Shown here in pieces: positions 60,803 through 64,000 of a stretch of DNA of 64,000 nt. The notes under the pieces were generated by a model, which saw only the letters and a list, made by a program, of their open reading frames with translations, was not told the origin of the DNA and did no database searches. Origin of the DNA: Verrucomicrobiota bacterium (lineage in GTDB: Bacteria > Verrucomicrobiota > Verrucomicrobiia > Verrucomicrobiales > V1-33); assembly GCA_040386695.1 (NCBI GenBank), contig JAZKFB010000004.1:65742-129741 (forward strand), given 5' to 3'. The translations under genes and the position numbers were made by a program. How positions within the stretch are numbered: position 1 is the first letter of the stretch; each line of letters starts with the position of its first letter.

Positions 60803-61381
60803 ATGAGCATCAAACCATTCGTCATGGCGTTTCTGTTTTCTGCCGGAGCGGCCCAGGCCAGTATCTGGAATTTCACGCTGGATCTGGCAGGCGCGAATGA
60901 GTCACCGCCGGTCGTCTCCGCGGGAACCGGCTCAGGCACGGTCTCCATTGATGATGTCGCTTTCACCCTGCAGCTGGATGTCACTTTTTCCGGCCTCACG
61001 GGAACGACCACCGCCACCCACATTCATGCGGCGACGGCGGTCCCGTTCGCCGGTAATGCCGGCGTGGCCACCACAACCCCCACTTTCACCGGGTTTCCCT
61101 CAGGAGTCAGCAGCGGGTCCTACAGCCAGCTTTTCGACATGACCCTGGCATCCAGCTACAATGCCACTTACATCACCAACAACGGCGGCACCACAGCCTC
61201 CGCCTTTGCCGCGCTGCTCGCCGCCGCCAACAATGGGCAGGCCTATCTTAATATTCACACCAGCACCTCCCCCGGCGGGGAGATCCGCGGATTCGTGACT
61301 CCGGTTCCGGAGACGGGCTCCAGTGGTTTGCTGCTTCTGGGGGCTGCTGGCTGCGGTTTGTTCCGCCGGCGGGTCAAATAA
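60803..61381 (+). CDS. CHRD-domain protein with a PEP-CTERM sorting tail
   Basis: Signal peptide. CHRD-like pattern (NESPPV...GTGSGTVSID...HIHAA...AYLNIHTSTSPGGEIRG). The C-terminus PVPETGSSGLLLLGAAGCGLFRRRVK is a PEP-CTERM motif followed by a TM segment and a basic tail. Confidence 0.85.
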   Translation: MSIKPFVMAFLFSAGAAQASIWNFTLDLAGANESPPVVSAGTGSGTVSIDDVAFTLQLDVTFSGLTGTTTATHIHAATAVPFAGNAGVATTTPTFTGFPSGVSSGSYSQLFDMTLASSYNATYITNNGGTTASAFAALLAAANNGQAYLNIHTSTSPGGEIRGFVTPVPETGSSGLLLLGAAGCGLFRRRVK

Positions 61382-61468
61382 TCCATTCCAGCCGGAAATT
61401 TCCGCCCGCCATATCCCGCCTGAGAGCTGTGAAGCTCCAGGCGGAATGCGATGCTCCGCCTGGAGCGG

Positions 61469-62251
61469 TCAGGGTTTGGCGGTCACGGTGATGTCGTCAA
61501 AATCCACCGGCAGTTCCGAATAAGGCGCGGCCCAGACGGAGGCCTTGCCGGTGGCGGGCGGGGTTTTGGCGGCGAACGTCAGTTGAGGGGCGTCCGGGCG
61601 CGGCTGGCCCTCCGCCCACAGGCGGCCCTCGACCGCCGAGCCGCCGTCCGCGGAGGCGGTGACGCTGAATTCGAAATTCGTCCAGGCACCGGATTTCCAC
61701 TCCAGAGGAACCTTGGCGACCACCGCATCGTCCTTCATCACCTGCAGCTCCTTGTCCGCCGGCGCGGCCAGCAGCCGGTAACCGCTGACACCATGCAGGC
61801 CCACGCCGAACCGGGGAAAGCTGCGGCGCTTGCCGGTCGCCCGGATGCGGGCGGTGACGGTGGCTCCGCCTTTGACTGATTTCCCAACCAGCACACCGCC
61901 GTCCACAATGGGTGAGGGATTCATTCTCAGGGCTTTATTGCCACTGTCGTCCTCGATGGTGAACTTCGCCTCAGCGTCCGAAACCATGTAATCCGAAGGC
62001 AGGTCACCGGGTTCATCCTTGGAAAAGTCAATTTTCACGGTGTCCCCGCCGGCAGCGCCCGCAGGTGACGCCGGAGCAGCAGGTGACGGCTCCGCAGGGG
62101 AAGCCGGGACCGCCGCCTCAGACGCGGGTTTGGCTCCGGACGGGGATTTTTCCTGAGCCCGGGCGGTCGGCGGCGTGACTCCCGTTCCCAGTGTCAAAAC
62201 TAAAGCGGTCAGACGGAAGGAAGCGGAAAAGGAGAGGGGAGGCTTACTCAT
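61469..62251 (-). CDS. secreted ConA/LamG-like hypothetical protein
   Basis: 260 aa. Signal-like N-terminus, a Pro/Ala-rich linker, then a beta-rich domain. The start overlaps the end of the upstream FtsX permease gene by 8 nt. Confidence 0.6.
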   Translation of the reverse strand: MSKPPLSFSASFRLTALVLTLGTGVTPPTARAQEKSPSGAKPASEAAVPASPAEPSPAAPASPAGAAGGDTVKIDFSKDEPGDLPSDYMVSDAEAKFTIEDDSGNKALRMNPSPIVDGGVLVGKSVKGGATVTARIRATGKRRSFPRFGVGLHGVSGYRLLAAPADKELQVMKDDAVVAKVPLEWKSGAWTNFEFSVTASADGGSAVEGRLWAEGQPRPDAPQLTFAAKTPPATGKASVWAAPYSELPVDFDDITVTAKP

Positions 62252-64000
62252 GGCGCAGGGAGTCGGTCAAACGCCGGCCCAGCGCGAGCCGGGCGGCGAT
62301 CTGGCAGAAAATAAGCCCGCCCGCCACCAGACTTATCAGGAGAATGGAGAGCAGCCGCACGGGCATGCCGCCGGCTCCGGCGAGCTTCAGATTCGGCCAC
62401 ACCGCCAGCAGAGCGGTGCCGGTGCCGAGCACCACGGCGCTCAGGAACAGGAACCAGTGCTCGGCCAGCACCATTTTCCGCAGCTGGCTGTTTTTGAAAC
62501 CCACGGCGCGGAGCAGCGCGAACTCCGCCTGCCGCTCCAGGACCTGCCGCGCCACCAGCACGCCCAGGCCCACCGTGGACAGAATCAGCGCCAGACCGCC
62601 GAGAGTGGAGAAAATCGTCAGATACGTGTTCTGCACCGCCTGATACTGCGCCAGCCGCTCCGCCGCCGGGACGATGGCAAGGCCCCGGTTCGCCAGCTGG
62701 CGCACCACCGCCGCCCGCCAGATTTCCGCCTGCGCGGGCTCGGCATCGGCGAGGAAATACCGGAATCCGCCACTGTCGGGATACAGTTTCACAAACGCCG
62801 CGTCGCCGATAATCACATTCCCCTGCAGCACGGTGCCGCCCAGCAGCGCCACCAGGCGCAGCTTCACCGGATTCCCCTGCCCGTCCGGCACGGTGATCAC
62901 ATCACCCGCGTTTTTCCCGAGGGCGAACATCGCGGAATACTGATCCATGATGGCCGGGATGGTGCCATCGGTGGGCTTTTGGTTCAGCAAAGTCCAGGGG
63001 GACGCGCCGGGCGCCGGGCGGATCTCCGAAGCGAAGCCGGTGAACGGGAACGCCTCGCGCGCGGCCAGCGTCCTTGGATCGACACCTAAAACGCGGGGGG
63101 TCTGCGCGCGGTTCAGATTCAGGCAGGAGGCCTCCTCGCCATCACGGGCGCGGAACGGCACCACCATCACTCCCTTGGTTTCATCCGCCTCCAGATCCCA
63201 GGCGGAGCGGCCGGACACGCTGTTGAGGTCCTCATAAACCGGCAGGGTGCTGGTGCCCAGGAGCGCGAATCCACCGGTGCCGGTTTCACGGCCCGAAGGC
63301 ATCCGCGTGGCGTCCTGACGGAAGGCGTTCAGCGCCACCACCATGAAAATCCCCGACGCCAGCAGCCCCGCCATGGCCATGCTGCGGCCCCGCCGGCGCA
63401 CGGCGTTGCGCACGCCCAGCTGCCACAGGCCGGGCACGCCCTCCTCCGAAACCGCTCGCTCCGTCCGGCGCAGTTTCCAGCCCAGCAGCCGCAGGCCGTC
63501 CGCCAGCAGCAGCGCGGAGGCTCCGAAAAACAGCATCGGCACCAGATGCGGCGGCGATGTCCGGGTCATGTAAAGCATCACCAGACCACCCAGCGTCAGC
63601 AGCCCGATGGGCAGCATCCGCCACCGGCGGGAGATAACAGGGGTTCCGGAATCAATTACCGCCACCTTCGCCGCCTCCGTCAGGGAAGCTCCGGAAAGCA
63701 GCGCCCGGGGCTGCGCCTTCAGAATGCGGCGCGTGGCCAGCCATACGGACAACAGACTGAGAACCAGCGTTCCCGCCCACGCGATGATCAGCGTGACCGG
63801 CTTCACGGTGTAAAGGAATTTCAGGCCCAGCGCCGCATCCGCCCAGTCCCGCTCCAGCTTGCCCAGTGTCCATTTGGTGTAAAGCAGACCGAGCAGGACA
63901 CCCACCAGCGCCGACGGCACCGCCACCCACAAACCCTCGGCCGTAAACAGCCGCCGGACCTCCTTCGCCCGCCAGCCCGCCGCCCGCAGCAGGCCGATCT
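62244..64000 (-). CDS. large FtsX-family ABC permease, N-terminally truncated by the window edge
   Basis: The frame stays open beyond the annotated TTG at 63932 up to base 64000 (…IGLLRAAGWRAKEVRRLFTAEGLWVAV…, an FtsX motif). A second FtsX repeat follows (FALLRAVGFKNSQLRKMVLAEH). Confidence 0.8.
   Translation of the reverse strand, partial: IGLLRAAGWRAKEVRRLFTAEGLWVAVPSALVGVLLGLLYTKWTLGKLERDWADAALGLKFLYTVKPVTLIIAWAGTLVLSLLSVWLATRRILKAQPRALLSGASLTEAAKVAVIDSGTPVISRRWRMLPIGLLTLGGLVMLYMTRTSPPHLVPMLFFGASALLLADGLRLLGWKLRRTERAVSEEGVPGLWQLGVRNAVRRRGRSMAMAGLLASGIFMVVALNAFRQDATRMPSGRETGTGGFALLGTSTLPVYEDLNSVSGRSAWDLEADETKGVMVVPFRARDGEEASCLNLNRAQTPRVLGVDPRTLAAREAFPFTGFASEIRPAPGASPWTLLNQKPTDGTIPAIMDQYSAMFALGKNAGDVITVPDGQGNPVKLRLVALLGGTVLQGNVIIGDAAFVKLYPDSGGFRYFLADAEPAQAEIWRAAVVRQLANRGLAIVPAAERLAQYQAVQNTYLTIFSTLGGLALILSTVGLGVLVARQVLERQAEFALLRAVGFKNSQLRKMVLAEHWFLFLSAVVLGTGTALLAVWPNLKLAGAGGMPVRLLSILLISLVAGGLIFCQIAARLALGRRLTDSLRHE

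Noticed and set aside
1-64000. Search for tRNA, rRNA, tmRNA, RNase P and SRP RNA genes.
   Set aside because: I saw no 16S/23S-like conserved blocks and no T-arm (GGTTCGAATCC-like) signatures in the non-coding stretches. This is a by-eye negative only, so tRNAscan-SE/Infernal should be run to confirm.

Overview
This is 64 kb of high-GC bacterial chromosome. The gene content suggests a Verrucomicrobiota/PVC-group genome (inference). The evidence is two giant dehydrogenase-domain + HEAT + C-terminal CxxCH proteins, a DUF1592-family/DUF1552 pair, a PEP-CTERM-tailed CHRD protein, several LamG/Ig-like/PA14 secreted giants, and mostly Shine-Dalgarno-poor, pyrimidine-rich leaders. I can support about 45 protein-coding genes. 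Housekeeping and recognisable ones are dapA, dapF, trpA, a bcp-like peroxiredoxin, class III and class V aminotransferases, a MacAB-like ABC efflux operon, a CPA2 antiporter, a GAF hybrid histidine kinase and a GNAT. I also call several intrinsic terminators and a set of intergenic repeat elements. I recognised no rRNA, tRNA, CRISPR array or transposase by eye. Many long ORFs in the track are GC-driven antisense shadows or 5' over-extensions, and I trimmed or rejected them. Leads worth a second look, roughly in order: (1) a lower-GC two-gene island at 43.8-46.2 kb, an AlbA_2/Schlafen-like + HATPase_c_4-like protein translationally coupled to an orphan ParA-like ATPase, as a candidate defence or accessory module; (2) three paralogous flavin-dependent-halogenase-like genes (GxGxxG + WxWxIP + conserved Lys) at 16-22.5 kb with no PKS/NRPS context, interleaved with a CPA2 antiporter and an inverted-repeat-bounded Zn-ribbon cassette; (3) a C-terminal ~55-77-aa module ending in [KR]xF[FY][RQ][ILV] shared by four unrelated secreted giants; (4) an intrinsic terminator inside the 5' leader of the UPF0114/yqhA gene, suggesting a riboswitch, attenuator or sRNA; (5) a ~200-bp nested palindromic element between two paralogous heme-binding giants; (6) a family of 9-bp-period intergenic tandem repeats. 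All functional calls rest on motif recognition by eye, and no database search was run.
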